Shown: positions 1 through 13,300 of the stretch, piece after piece
Position numbering within the stretch: the stretch's first letter is position 1
How the letters are laid out: each line of letters opens with the position of its first letter
Source: Mobula hypostoma
Lineage: Eukaryota
DNA length: 64,000 bases
Assembly (NCBI RefSeq): GCF_963921235.1
Contig: NC_086097.1
Coordinates: 113,586,001 to 113,650,000, forward strand
Reading direction: 5' to 3'
Made by a program: the position numbers and the translations under genes
Notes under the pieces: model-generated
Databases searched by the model: none
Seen by the model: only the letters and a program-made list of their open reading frames with translations
What the model was told of the DNA's origin: nothing

Positions 1-38
1 AATGAATTAATTACTTTTGAACCAAAACAAAATTTATT

Positions 39-480
39 CTAAACATGACAAAGTCTGCAAATGCTGGAAACCCAAAGCAACATACACAAAACGCTGGAGG
101 AACTCAGCCGGTCAGGTAGCACCTATGGAAATGAATAAACATTCGATGCTTCGGGCCGAGACCCTTCATCAGGACTGAGAAGGAAGGGGGAAAAACACCA
201 GAATAAAAAGGTGGGGGGAGGGGAAGGAGGCTAGCTGGAAGGTGATAGGTGAAGCCAGGTAGGTGGGAAAGGTGAAGGGCTGGAGAAGAAGTTACCTGAT
301 AGGAGAGGAAAGTGGACCATAGGAGAAACGGAAGGAGGAGGCGACTCTGGGGGAAATGATAGGCAGGTGAGATGAGGTAAAAGGCCAGAATGGGGAACAG
401 AAGAAGAGGGAAAGGGGAGTGAATTTTTTCCCCCACCAGGAGAAATCGATATTCATGCCACCAGGTTGGAGGCAACTAGA
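39..480 (-). mobile_element. Penelope-like element (PLE) 3' end / pseudo-LTR fragment with decayed hammerhead motif
   Basis: Same sequence as the 3' end of the RT+GIY-YIG element at 31840-33474 (gctggaggaactcagc...gagacccttcatcaggact). Minus strand reads AGTC CTGATGA AGGGTCTCGGCCC GAAG CATC. Confidence 0.8.
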
Positions 481-1149
481 TTGTTAGAAATTTATTCTAG
501 TCTTTTTATAAGATAGAATATTGTGGGCCTTGCTGAATAAAGTTCTTCAAAATCATAAATGAGTTTTTGTATTTTGAAGTGATGACAGAAACAGAAGAGA
601 GAAGAGTAAGATTTTATTTTAAATAATGCAATGATTTGGAACTTGAGATCATCCTCTTAAGGGAAAATAAAATACCTTATTTACCTGCAGCCTTTTTGTA
701 AATAATAGGGAAAATAGATCAACTGGATAGGGTATTCAAAAGTAAATGTAAGTCACAAAAATTGGAGATACTGGAAATTTGAAATAAAGAAAAACACAGA
801 AAATGCTGGAAACATTTAGCAGGTGAGACAGCATCTGTTGAAAGAAATTGACAAGCTTTCAGGTACACAAGTAACTAGTTCCCTTCTGTGCTGTTATTCT
901 AATTGTTGCTCTCTGAGCTAATGTGGAGTGTTCTGTGGGGTCAAAGTTGGAAGCAGAGTTGGAAGCATTATATTTTTTGTTTATATATCAATCACCTGCA
1001 TGGATAAAAGACAATTCTGAGTACAGCACTAACACAAAGTAACAAATATAAGGTATAGAATGCAGGTGAATGGGATATGCAGAATAATAGTTCGGTACAG
1101 ACTAGATGGGCTGCAGGACTGGTTTCTGTGCCATAGTGTTCTATGACTC

Positions 1150-1845
1150 TAAGTCAGAATCAGAATCCAGTTAATATCACCAGCATATGTCACAAAATTT
1201 ACTGTTTTTGCAGCAGGACAATGCAATACATAATAATAAATAAAAAAATCTGAATTATAGTAAATATATATACAAGTAGTTAAATTTAAAAAATAGTGCA
1301 AAAATAAAAATAGCGAAGTAGTGTTCATGGGTTCAACGTCCATTCAGAAGTCGGATGGCAGAAGGGAAGCAGCTGTTCGTGAATTGCTGAGTGTGTGATT
1401 TCAGCTTCCTGCACCACCTTCCTGATGGCAGCAATGAGAACAAAGCATGACCTGGGTGATAGGGGTCTCTAATAATGGATGCAACCTTTTTGAGGACTAT
1501 GCATCTTGAAGATCTTCTGGATACTATGAAGATTAATGCACATGATGGAGCTGGCTAAGTTGACAACTCTCTGCAGCTTATTTCAATCCTGTGCAGCAGC
1601 CCCACCTGTGTCCGCCCCCCCAACACCAGATGGTAATATAACCAGTTAGAATGCTCTCCAAGGTCCATCTGTAGAAATCTGCTACTGTCTTCGGTGACAT
1701 ACCAAATCTCCTTAAACCTTTAAGGAAATATAGACGCTGTCACACCTTTTTTGTAACTGCAGCAATATGTTGGGGCCCCAGGACAGATCCTCAGCGATAG
1801 CGACACCAAGAAACTTGAAATTGCTCACTTTTCCCCTTCTAATTA
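1150..1845 (-). mobile_element. Rex1/Babar-like LINE 3' fragment
   Basis: Degenerate similarity to the LRKFG..ESIL region seen at 56876-57217; tail of (ATTCTG)n on the minus strand. Confidence 0.55.
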
Positions 1846-2849
1846 CTTCTGATCCATGACTAGGATTGTTCTTAGCAAATTTTTCTACAGAAGTAGTTTG
1901 ACATTGCCTTTACAAGACGAGTGCCCCAGCCATTATCATACTCTTCAGAGACTGCCTGGTGTCAGTGGTGGCACAACCAGGACTTGTGATATGTACCAGC
2001 TACTCAAACGACCATCCACCACCTGCCCCCATGGCCTCATGGGACTCTGATCGGGGGGGGGGGGACCACTAAGCAGGTGCTACACTTTGCCCAAGGGCGA
2101 CCTGCAGGCTAGCAGAGGGAAGAAGCACCTTACACCTCCTTTGGTAAAGACGTATCTCCACCCCACCACCCAATCCAAGTCATTACTGATTAAAATTTAA
2201 CACAGTGAAGTGTGAAATGAATAATTCTGGTAGGAAGCAACCCAGGAGAGCCAACATCAATAGAATAGTCCAAATTTAAAGGAAATGCAGAAAAATTGGT
2301 TGTGAGACTGAAGTTAAAACACATAAATCCCATTGGCTTCTTCTCTATTAGTGAATACATGCAGCAAGCATCTAAATATCTGTCCCACTGATAATCTGAA
2401 GCTATAATACCTAACTTCTGAAAAGGATATGCTTGATGCTTTGCAAAACTGATGACTTATAGTCTTCTGAAGCGGTAAGAATGAATGGATTCCAAAGGAT
2501 CAAAATATTTAAAGCCATATGAAGTTGCATTTCGCACAAGAATCCCATGCTGAAGTTAGATATTATGAATAATATTTGTCTGGTCTATATCAATTCAAAA
2601 TGAAACATGATACAATTTGAAAAAGGCAAGGCTCCCTTCAAGAGAGCAATTTAAAACTGAATTTACTGGAATTTTTTCCTTTTTTTATACATATAGAAGC
2701 AGAATTAGATATATTACCACTGACATAATATTGTGAAAGATTTTTGTGGCAGCAGGACAATGCAAGAACATAAAAGCCTGTAAGTGAAAGGTGAATAAAT
2801 ACTGCAGAAAATGGAAAAACTAGATAGTGTTCATGGATCATTATCCCTC

Positions 2850-3190
2850 TGGGTCCGTTCCTCCTTCCCTTTCTCCCATGGTCCACTTTCCCCTCCTATC
2901 AGATTCCTTCTTCTTCAGTCCTTTACCTTTTCTGCTAATCATCCCCAGCTTCTCAGTTCATCCTCCCTCTCCCATCCACCTACCTTCCCCATCACCATCT
3001 TGTTTGTATTTCTTCCACTTCCCACCATCTTATTCTGGCTTCTTGCCCCTTCCTTTCCAGTCTTGATGAAGGATCCCAGCCTTAAACATCGAATGTTTAT
3101 TCCTTTCTGTAGATGTTCCCTGACCCAAGTTCCTCCAGCATTTTATGTTTCTTACTCTAGATTTCCAGCATCTGCAGAGCCTCTTGTGTT
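2850..3190 (+). mobile_element. PLE pseudo-LTR fragment with decayed hammerhead (3059-3094)
   Basis: Pyrimidine-rich body followed by agtcttgatgaaggatcccagccttaaacatcg and ttcctccagcattt; reverse complement of the 39-480 family. Confidence 0.75.
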
Positions 3191-3224
3191 AAAAATTCAT
3201 GGGCCACTCAGCTACACAACAGCA

Positions 3225-3908
3225 ATGGATGTTCAAGAATTTGTGGCATGTCATCTGAAACTTTGACAATCTTCTACAGATGCACTGTGGAGAGTATCCT
3301 GACTGGTTACATCACGGCTTGGTATGGAACACCCGTGCCCAAGAACAGAAAAGCCTTCAGAAAGTGGTGGCTACAGCCCAGTTCGTTACAGGAAAAACCC
3401 TCTCCACAATTGAGCACATCTACAAAATTACTACCACAATAAAACAGCATCCATCATCAAGAACACCCACCATCCAGGTCATGTTTTTTTTTCTTGATGC
3501 TATTATCAGGAATTAGGTACAGGAGCCACAGGTCCCGCACACCACCAGGTTCAGGAGCCACAGGTCCCGCACACCACCAGGTTCAGGAACAGTTATTACC
3601 CTTCAACCATCAGGCTCCTGAGTCATCGCGGACATCTTTCCTCACTACACCACTCAACTTATCATAGAACACAATCTATGGACTCACTTATGGTCCCTAC
3701 AACTCACATTCTCAGTATTATTTATTTATTATTTGTTTCTTTTTTGCATTTGCACAGTTTGTCTTCTTTGGTTGTCAGTCTTCGTGTAGTTTTTCATTGA
3801 TTCTATTACACCTCTTTGTTCCAATGTGAAAGCCTACAAGAAAATGAATCTCAGGGTAGTATTTAGTGACATATATGTACTTTGACAATAAATTCACTTT
3901 GAACTTTT
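3225..3908 (+). mobile_element. Rex1/Babar-like LINE 3' fragment containing a 32-bp tandem duplication (3520-3583)
   Basis: ORF LTIFYRCTVESILTGYITAWYG; unit caggagccacaggtcccgcacaccaccaggtt occurs twice; tail aataaattcactttgaactt. Confidence 0.7.
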
Positions 3909-4804
3909 AAAACTTTCTGACTTTAAATGATGAAATTTATGCACACCCTTCATGTAACAGGGTGAGTACATGCACACACAGACAGGAACCAGTACTGTCA
4001 CTTCACTGAAAACACAAAGCGCTCACACAATGACTTAAAGGACTGCATATAAAGGTTGCCCCAAAGGCAAAGCTGTCAATAAGTGTTCAGTTGCATGCCG
4101 AATAGCCTATATCCATAAACACAGCTGCGCATACCACTAAAATGGAAACAGGGAGAAGTATTTTGACACTTCATAATACTTCTATTCATTGAGACCTGTG
4201 TGTCCAGAAAACTATATGAATTTTGCGACAAGATCAAATGGTCTTTCCAGATGATGCAGTGCTGCTTCACTGAAGCAGATTTAATTGTTTCCTGTGTACA
4301 AGTCACAATCAAATCTCTGTCGCAGAACTAAGCTAAGATGTGGGGAGGTCAGGGTGCTAGGGGTGTGATCTATATAATTTCAAGCAATCTTGGTTCCCCT
4401 CATTTGCCTGATCTCAACAATATTCTACACTGTTCTTTACTTTTAGCAGTACAGATCTTACATCAAGGCTTCTGTACTTTCTCATTGCCTCATCACAGCT
4501 AGACCCAACTACCCACTACATAAGAATAAAAATGGACAATAAAAGCTGCAGAGAATGACAGGGATCCTGTACCATCAATTCACAACTCTCCTGCATTCAA
4601 TTGTATTCTCCTCAATTGCACTCTTATTTTTCTAAGGGTTCTCAGGTCTTTAAAACATGCTGAGTTTCTGCCTCGACTACCCCTCCAGACAGTGAGCTCC
4701 AGACCCACACCACTCACTGAATGGAAAACTTCCCCTCTCCTCCAATCCCTTGACAAATTCAATGTTTTATGACCTCAGAGTTACTGATCACTTTGGCAAA
4801 GGCA

Positions 4805-5040
4805 CTAGATGATTCAATTCTTGCCGCCGTCTATAAGGAGTTTGTACGTTCCCCCCGCGACCCCGTGGGTTTCCTCCAGTTGTTTCAGTTTCCTCCCTCC
4901 ATCCAAAGATGGACCAGTTGGCAGGTTAATTGGTCATTGTGAACTATCCCATGAGTAGGCTTCAATTAAATGGGGGTTGCTGAGGGGCTAAGCTCAACAG
5001 GCCAGGAGGGCCTATTCTGTGCTGCACCTGAATAAATTAA
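4805..5040 (+). mobile_element. V-SINE (HE1-like)
   Basis: V-domain-like ggagtttgtacgttccccccgcgaccccgtgggtttcctcc...gtttcctccctccatccaaagat with an A-rich tail. Confidence 0.7.
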
Positions 5041-5064
5041 AAAAATGTATTATTTATTGAGAAA

Positions 5065-5350
5065 TAAATGTATTTATTTATTAAGCGCAGAATATGCCCT
5101 TCCAGCCCTTCGAGCCACACCACCCAGCAATCCCCTGATTTAATCCTAGCCTAATCACAAGACAATTTACAATGACGAATTAAACTACCAACCGGCACGT
5201 CTTTGGACTGTGGAAGGAAACTAGAGTGCCCAGAGGAAACCCTCAGGGTCACGAGCAGAACATACAAGTTCCTTACTGGCAGCAGTGGGAATTGAAAGCA
5301 GGTCACCTATACTGTAAAGCCTTGTGCTAACCACTACACTCCCCTGCCAT
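5065..5350 (-). mobile_element. V-SINE (HE1-like)
   Basis: Reverse-complement V-domain, tRNA-like head (gtagtggttagc) and (AAAT)n tail. Confidence 0.7.
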
Positions 5351-7511
5351 AATCTGTTCTATTTATCCATTTGTCCTAGTTAGACCTCGCAGTCTTCCAC
5401 ACCAAATTAAATCTCCTTTGTTTCAGAGATAACATTCCCAGTCTAGATAGCCTCTCTTTACAAAATTCTGATTTCCTAGCCTTAGCAACAAGCATATGAA
5501 TCTCCTCCTCTGCACTTTGTCTTGTACTTCATATGCCTCCTGTAAAAAGGGCCAAAAGCAGTCTGTGTTATTTGGCTATAATCTAATTAATGCACAGTAT
5601 AGTGTAACCAGGATCTCTCTACTCTTGTGTGAGAGATGTGTGATATTGTTCAAGCATCCCATATGCATTCTAAAATCAGTCCTTTCATTGGTCACACTAC
5701 AGACAGTGATTTGCAGACCCTGGAAGCATAAAAAAAACTGAAAAAGCAGAAATAGACCAAAGAGTATTGAACAAATAACAAGCACAAGTGGTGCATTCCG
5801 AGCTTGACCTCAATGTTTCAACATTTAAGAGAAGGTTGCTCAAGTACTTGGATGGTAGGGATATGGAGGGCTATTCTCCCGACGCAGGTTGATGGGAGTA
5901 CGCAGTTTAAATAGTTTGGCACAGACTGATGGGCTGAAGGGCCTGTGTCTGTGCTATACTTTTCTAGGACTCTAGGTAGACTGGTCACAGGCTGGGGAAT
6001 GGCCATTGAAATATGAATATTTTAATAGGAAGAATGGGAAGAGGTCTTATAACATTTCTAAAAGGGAGAGAGATTTTGGAATGTGTGCAATTTGTTCATT
6101 GAAAATGACATGTTCATTAAGAATGTGGTTTAAAAAGGGGGGGGGGGGAGAAGGCCAAGAAATCAAATGCAAGGAATTCATGATGAATCTTTGTAAAACA
6201 CTGGCTCGATCATGAATGGAGTATGGCATCCAGTTTGAACACCATTCTTGAAGAAAGATGGGAGAACTTTAAGGGGGCACAGACAAATAATATCGAGAAT
6301 GACTGTATGGATGATGGTGTTTAGCTTTGTGCATATAAAGAGGCTGTTATTATTCTTCTTGGAACAGAGGAGTTGGGAGAAGATCTGATGTATTTCAAAT
6401 ATAGACAACAGATAGAATCTGTTCGAATTGGCAGGAAGGGAGCATCAAGAACTAGAACAAAATTGACTAAAAAGCTGAAACTAAACAGGATTCTTTAAAA
6501 CCAAGATTTTAGCAAGTTATGATATTCTAGATGACACACAGGAAGTAGTTTCAACTGTGGTGGTTTAAAGGGAGCTGGATAAGCATTTCAGAAATGATAG
6601 ATTTGCGAGAAGAGGTTAGAGGAATGGGACTACAATTGCTCTTCAGGAGTTAGCACACACTTCAAGGGCCAAATCGTCTCTTCTCACGCTGGTTCTGTGA
6701 CGTGCATTCCAACATCTCTCTGTTCCTCTGCACTTGTAATCCTTCTATTGTAACATCCTTCCATACATTCCTTTACATTCTTCCCAATGTGATTTTCATT
6801 TGCCACTACTAAGAACACAAAATCAGTCCAATGAGATCGCCCTGAGGTCCAGCACTTTCTTTGTATCAATTACAGTAACAATTTTAGTATCATCAACAAA
6901 GCCTTTAAATTGCAAACCCCATGTTTGTTCGAAGCATTTATATGTACACCACAACATTCAAGAAACCTAGCAGTGAGCACCATGGAAAACCAAATACATA
7001 CAAATTTCCTTTTTATCAAATTTCCAATCAATCATTACTGTTTCCTGACACTAAACCAACTTACTATTTTCCCTTGGTTCCCAACAATCTGAGAAAATAT
7101 TACAGCAGACAGTATTCTGGCAGCCTTGCATTGGTTGCTATAGCGATGCTTTCAGTTCATTTTAGCAAACCAGTTTCCAATTAAATGGAGATTCAATTAC
7201 ATATGACGGACAGATACTAATGAAAGGGCTGCGATTAACTCTGAGCCATCCTCACATTTGTTTCAACATGCCTCATTCAATAGATGAAAAAGCCATGATA
7301 AGTGTCTCTGCTTCCCACTGCAGTGTGTACTATTCAGATTGGAAGTGCATTTGTCCATCTGTGTGACTGCATTACATAGAAACCTGCAACTCCAAGCCAA
7401 TGAACACAACAGCAGGTAATAATGGCACCCAGAGTTGCTAAAATCAGGGAACCTGAGGAGCAAAGAGAGGTTCACTTCAACAAACAATGGGTATTTGTAG
7501 TAATAGACTGA

Positions 7512-8735
7512 ACGTCGTCGCCGTGGCTATCCCTCGAGGTCGAGGATGATGGTCTTCGTTCTGTTGATCTACTTATGGGCTCTCAAGTGGCTTATGAGTC
7601 CAATCTTGGCTTTGAAAGTTCTTCCGCAATTTATCCCCCTCAGTGCGTAGAATGATTGCATTTCTTATTTGAATGGCAAAAAGATGTATTCTACAACATT
7701 GGAAGGAGATTAATGCCCAATTACGTTTTTATGGTTCTCTCAAACGATACTTTGTCTAAATTTGGAAAAAATCAGAAGTAATCTTTATGATACTTCAGTC
7801 AAATTTGAACAGACCTGGAGATCTTTTATTCAATATTTTCATTTAATGTAACATCTTTTTTTCTCTCTGATCATATATACACTCCCTTCGTGGATTTTAT
7901 CTGTTATTAGTGGAGGTCGGGTTTGAGGTCGTGATTGTTTAATTTGTTTAAGTCTACTATTTACCTAGTTAGCCCACTGCTTTGCTTTGTAGCTTAGTTT
8001 CACGGTAGTTTTTTTGGGGGGGGGAAGTTTTCGGGGTTTTTTTTCTCCTTATTGATATATATGGAAAACTAGCATACAACTATATTACCTCGTTATTTTG
8101 TAACTAACTTACGCTGTTTGCATTGTTTTTTTGTATTAATATTTCTTGTATATCTATATTGTAACAATGTATTGGTTTCTATATGTTTTACCTTTTGTGT
8201 ACTAATTCAATAAAAAGATTTAAAAGGAAAGAAAGTTCTTCCACATTCAGGACAGGTAGTTCCAGATGGCAGACTGGGCTCTGGTTGTTGCTGTTTCTCT
8301 TTCCATTTTCTTCTCTTTTCTTCTAATTCTGCACATCTGTTGGCTTCAAAAGTTGCTGTTCCTTCTCGGATGATGGCTTGCCAGAGTTTCCTGTCCTCGG
8401 CATTGGTTTCCCAATTGTTGATGTCGATGTTACATTTCTTCATGTTGGCTTTTAAGACGTCTTTGAATCTCTTCTGTTGTCCGCCTCTTTTATGTTTGCC
8501 TTCTTTTAAGCTAGGAGTAGAAGATTTGTTTCGGTAGATGTTCGTCTTTCATCCGAACAACATGACCACTCCATCTTAGTTGGCTCTTGATGACGTAGGC
8601 TTCAATGCTTGTTGTTTTTGCTTCATTTAGCACGTTGATGTTGGTTCTTCCATCTTCCCAGCTGATATTTAAGATGTTTCGAAGACAGCGTTGAAGGAAC
8701 TTTTCAAGTGCCTTCAGATGTCATCAGTATGTTGT
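7512..8735 (-). mobile_element. RTE-clade LINE 3' part, split by an L1 insertion
   Basis: Translation ...NWETNAEDRKLW...TCPECGRTF (from 8231) resumes as CGRTFKAKIGLISHLRAHK* at ~7628-7569, an RTE C-terminal C2H2-like motif. Confidence 0.85.
7629..8230 (+). mobile_element. 5'-truncated L1-clade LINE (ORF2 C-terminus, 3' UTR, polyA signal)
   Basis: Encodes MAKRCILQHWKEINA...LNLEKIRSNLYDTSVKFEQTWRSFIQYF; AATAAA near 8209; 15-bp TSD gaaagttcttcc(g/a)ca at 7614-7628 and 8231-8245. Confidence 0.85.
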
Positions 8736-9949
8736 CCAAGTTCCTGATGCATACAGGAGCATTGGGATTACCACTGCTTTGTACACTAACATTGGAAAGG
8801 TTGGGTACATTTTGAATCAAGGCAGTGGGGTCCAGGCTACAGAGTGTATCGAGACGACTAAATCCGAAGCTTGGATGACGATTTTCACGCTGGGCCAAGT
8901 TGGAAAGCTCGGTGTCCCAAGGCGAGGGACCAGCTGGTACAGCTCGTTGCTCCGTGAGGTTTACTCAGCTCCGCGCTGAACTAAGGGTTTGGGGATGGAC
9001 TCTCTGTGGACTTCATAGCCAGTACGCTATTAGCTTGTGTTTACTGTTTATATGATTTGTTTTTTTTTTTCTCTGCACATTGGCTGTTTGGCAATCTTTT
9101 TTATAAATATATGGGTTTTTTAGGGTCTCTGCTTCGTGGTTGCCTGTTAGGAGATGAATTTCAAGGTTGTATAATGTATACAAATTTTGATGATAAATGT
9201 ACTTTGAACTTACGGGAGTTGTGTCACTTTCCAATCAATAAAGTCACATATTTGCAAAGACTTCAAATAGTGTAGGTTGACCACACAAGAGAGCAAACTT
9301 CTGATTTTCTATACAGAGAGCATAGCCTGTTACATGTTGGCTTAATCTTACAGCTGAATGTCACTGAGACAGTGATCTGGGCAAATCAATTATAGATTCC
9401 ATTGTTAGTGAACAAAGCAAATGCTATTTACATATTACGAATGACCTTTATGTCAAACCTAATCATTCACTAAACATTTTGAAAGATGCTTTTGGCTTGT
9501 TTTATCAATGACAAAAATGAGTAAAATTTTGATTTAAAACCATTCAAACTTTTCTTTCGGAAATTTATCTAACCAGTTTTATGGTATTCCAAGGTCCACC
9601 AGTCTAAGAAGGAGCTACTTTTTCCCCCAACTGGTTCTTTCAAAGCCCCCTATGAACAGCTCTTTAATCTTCCTATTTAGCAACAACATCCGCAACATTT
9701 GGTGTCTTCATTTTTAAACTAAACTTGGAATCCCCGGTACCATTCCGGTAAACCTCCTTTCCAGACTTTCTTATTCTCCTGAAGTGTAGTCCCCAGAATT
9801 GGACAATATTCCAAATGATAAAAGCTAGTCAATGACTTTGTACTCTGACAAAGCCAAGGATCCAGCTTACTTTTCCTACAGCCTTCACGGCACCCACCAG
9901 GTGGAGATTCGAACCCATATATGCACAGATTTCTCTGATCCTATAACAC

Positions 9950-10232
9950 ATTTATTTATTTACTGAGATAGAGCCTGGAGTAAGCCCTTCCAGTCACAGT
10001 GTCCAGCAATCCCCCAATTTAATCCTAGTCTAATCACCGGAGAATTTACAATGACCAATCAACCTTCCAACCAGTGCTTCTTTAGACCGTGGGAGGGAAC
10101 TGGACCACCCAGAGGAAACTCGTGCAATCAACGGGAGAACGTACAAGCTCCTTACAGGCTGCAGTGGTAATTGAACTCAGGTTGCCTGTACTGTAAAGTG
10201 TTGTGCTAACCACTACACTACTGTGCTGCCCG
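9950..10232 (-). mobile_element. V-SINE (HE1-like)
   Basis: Homologous to 5065-5350, with tRNA-like head and (AAAT)n tail. Confidence 0.7.
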
Positions 10233-11614
10233 CAGTGCATTACCTCCATCCCATCCTTCCTATTGAAACGCATAAAGATATCCATTACTATCCTGGCACT
10301 GCTTACTACATTTTCAATATACCCATCATCTGCAAACTTGAACTCAAGGCACCCCAAATATACTATTCCGGTTCATTAGTAAATATAAAAAGTTATGGGC
10401 TACGACTTTTGATCCCAATATAAATAATGAAATCTGAAACAATTCCTCCCCATTACTTACAATTACATGATAGCTGTCCCTTAAACTCTCAAGCTTTAAT
10501 TTTGTTCATGTCCATCATGTGGCACTAAGTCATCATCAATTTATCTGTATTTTTCTAGAAAGAAAATTATTTTGTCTTGGACCACTCACTATCTTAAAAA
10601 GTTTCCTCACTGACATGAGCTGAGGGAGGTCAGAGATGTATAATGTTCGCAATCCTCCATTTAGCGCTGGTCCCACCTTTAAGACTGAGGATTTGGGGAA
10701 CAACTTGCTATTTCCAGTTTCATTACGATAGGCCTCTGAGGATGTATCTCACCTAAAATAATTATTTTCTACTTGCTAAGCTTTTAAATCCCTCTTTTTA
10801 TTTTGAATTCCTCAAAGTATTAATCCATACAGTTTCTCAAGCAGTACCACATTCAACATGAGCATATAAGTTCGAGAAATAAATGCGGGCGTAGGCCATG
10901 TGATCATGCAGTTAAGACCTTGGTTGGTCTTCTACCTCAGTGCCATCTTCTAGGAACCCTCAATTTCCTTAATGTCCTGAAATCTATCAGCCTCTTTTGC
11001 TTGAATATAATGGATCAATTTCCACAGCCAACTGGAAAGGCAACACCAAAGGTTCACAATCCTCAAAGTGAACAATTTCTTATCCTTCAAGTCATACAGA
11101 CCTTTGCCTTCTTGTCAACTAGGGGTGAATATATTCTTTGTAACTAGGCAGTCGAAACTTCCAGGAATTTTCTAAAGTCTGATGGCATCTCATCCTCCTC
11201 AAATCAAAGAGAATAAAATCCCACTCTACTCAATCACTCCCCTATAGCAAAACCAACATCCCTGCAAACAGTCTCATGAATCTTCACTGTATTCTGTCTA
11301 TAGCAAGAAAACCAGTTAAGATCAAAAATGTACATAACATTCCAGACACAGTCTGGGCAAGGCCCAATACAATTGCTTCCTCCTGGAATAAAAACTATCC
11401 TGTGTTAAAGAGAACTATCATCTGCCTTTCGAATTGCTTGATAGTCACTGGATACACCGTCCACTAGGTGGAGTTTTCTTAGTCACAGTTGAAGTCTTAT
11501 TGAAGATACTTGTCCAAGGGTACAACCTTCCCTCAACGATGAAATTGAAATAACCTGGATTTTTGTGCTCAAATCTTTCGCCTGGATCTTCCACTCATGT
11601 ACTATCAGATCAGA

Positions 11615-11797
11615 CAGAAACACAAAAGATTTTGCAGATGCTGGAAATCCACAGTAACACATACACAAAATACTGGATAAACTCAGCAGACCAGGCAGCA
11701 ACTATGGAGTGGAGTAAACAATCGGCCCAAAAGGTTGAGTGTTTATTCCTCTCCTTAGGTGTGCCTGACCTGCTGATTTCCTTCACCATGTTGTGTA
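11615..11797. repeat. Two oppositely oriented PLE pseudo-LTR pieces forming an imperfect palindrome
   Basis: acacaaaatactgg..actcagcagaccaggcagc..gagtaaaca is followed by its approximate reverse complement tgtttattc..gcctgacctgctgatttcc..ttgtgt. Confidence 0.65.
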
Positions 11798-12359
11798 TTA
11801 CATCAGACCACCCAGATACTTTAGAAATGCATACCATCCTGGCAAATTGCACACCTTGGGTGCAGATTCCAATGCAAACCCTGGTCCATAATCAAGGAAA
11901 ACAACAAAAGCTAACTCAAGTGAACGGAGCAAACATAGCAATGGGCAGACAGGGAGAAGAGGAAAGGAAAGAGGAAAGAGGTGAGATGCAGGCAGAGCTG
12001 CTGACAATTTCTGTGCATTTGGGAGCAAGTCCCGGAATTAGTCTGCTGGCATCATTTCTATCATCCAAATATAAAAGATAGCAGACCAAAGACAAACAGA
12101 ATATAGTCTTTATATTTTGACACTTCTATGCTCAAACTGGTGTTCAGTTCCACAGGTTTTGCATTTCATTTTGATCAGTTCGCATTCCCATCTAAAGCAA
12201 AAACCAGCAATAATTTAGTCTCACTGATGGCTCAGTGGCACCACATTCAACCATATCATACACTTACCAGTAGGTGTACCAGCCCAGAATTTCAAAGATA
12301 AAAACCTCGGACACTTAAACACCATAAGACATTAGAGCATAATCAGGCAATTCAGCTCA

Positions 12360-13300
12360 TCTTTGGAAAGTCTGATACTGTGCCATTATACACCTGCACA
12401 TTGGAAAGTCTGATCACCTGGTTGGACTTCTACTTGCGGCACACAGGCAGAGGCTAAAGACCGCAGTACCATTGGTGAGGTATGGCCAAGAGAGATGGAA
12501 AAACACTTACAGGGTTACTCTGAGTCGGTGGACTGAACAATATTCAGGTATTCATCTTTTAATCTGAATGAGTATTCTTCGGTCGTCTATTGAAATCCGA
12601 TGACGACGATGTCCACTCCTTTAACGGTGAGATCTTTGATGACTATACAGTCCTATCCTGGACCCACAAGCTCTATTGCAGGTGGGACATATATATGTGG
12701 TAGTGGTGGCAACCACGGCTGCATTTCTCCTGGTTCTCTTCTGCTGTCTTCTGGTTGTTCTTTCCATCTCCAGAATACAAACCCCGTCCCTACACAGCTG
12801 TCGCCAAGTGGTACGGTCAGCTGTGAATATGACATAGTTGTAACTGACTTCATCAAGACCTATATGGATGAAGTGTGCACCTTCGAGAACATACCGTATA
12901 TACCCAAACCAAAAGCCATGGATAAACGAGGAGATTCCTAGTCTGCTGACGGCAAGATCTGTGGTATTCAAGACTGGTGAACCAGAACTATACAAGAAGT
13001 TCAAGTATGAACTACAGAGGTTATTTTAAGAGTGAGAAAACAATCCCAATTTAAGTTAGAAATGGAATTAGATGCGCATCAGCTCTACAAGGTGAAAAGC
13101 ACCATCATGAATGACTGGGAGCTTCACTCCCAGATGAGTTCAATGCCTTTCATGCTCACTTTGAAAGGGAGAATAAAACTACACCTGTGTAAATCCCTGC
13201 AGCATCTGGTGACCCTGTGATCTCTGTCTCAAAGGCCGATGTCATCTTTTGAGACTCTTGCAAGATGTCAGGCCCTGCTAGTGTACCTGGTAGGACACTC
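12360..13300 (+). mobile_element. Rex1/Babar-like LINE internal fragment (end of endonuclease and linker)
   Basis: GKSDH motif (ggaaagtctgatcac), VTDFIKT and PNQKPW-like segments; homologous to 50815-51830. Confidence 0.7.
12576..12823 (-). mobile_element. RTE-clade LINE 3' end nested in the Rex1/Babar-like fragment
   Basis: ADRTTWRQLCRDG...YICPTCNRACGSRIGLYSHQRSHR*; flanked by tgagtat (12569-12575) and tgaatat (12824-12830). Confidence 0.85.

Noticed and set aside
104..475. Hydrophobic Pro/Leu/Phe-rich ORFs (also 2811-3266 and 45671-46081)
   Set aside because: They are translations of the pyrimidine-rich PLE pseudo-LTR, not membrane proteins.
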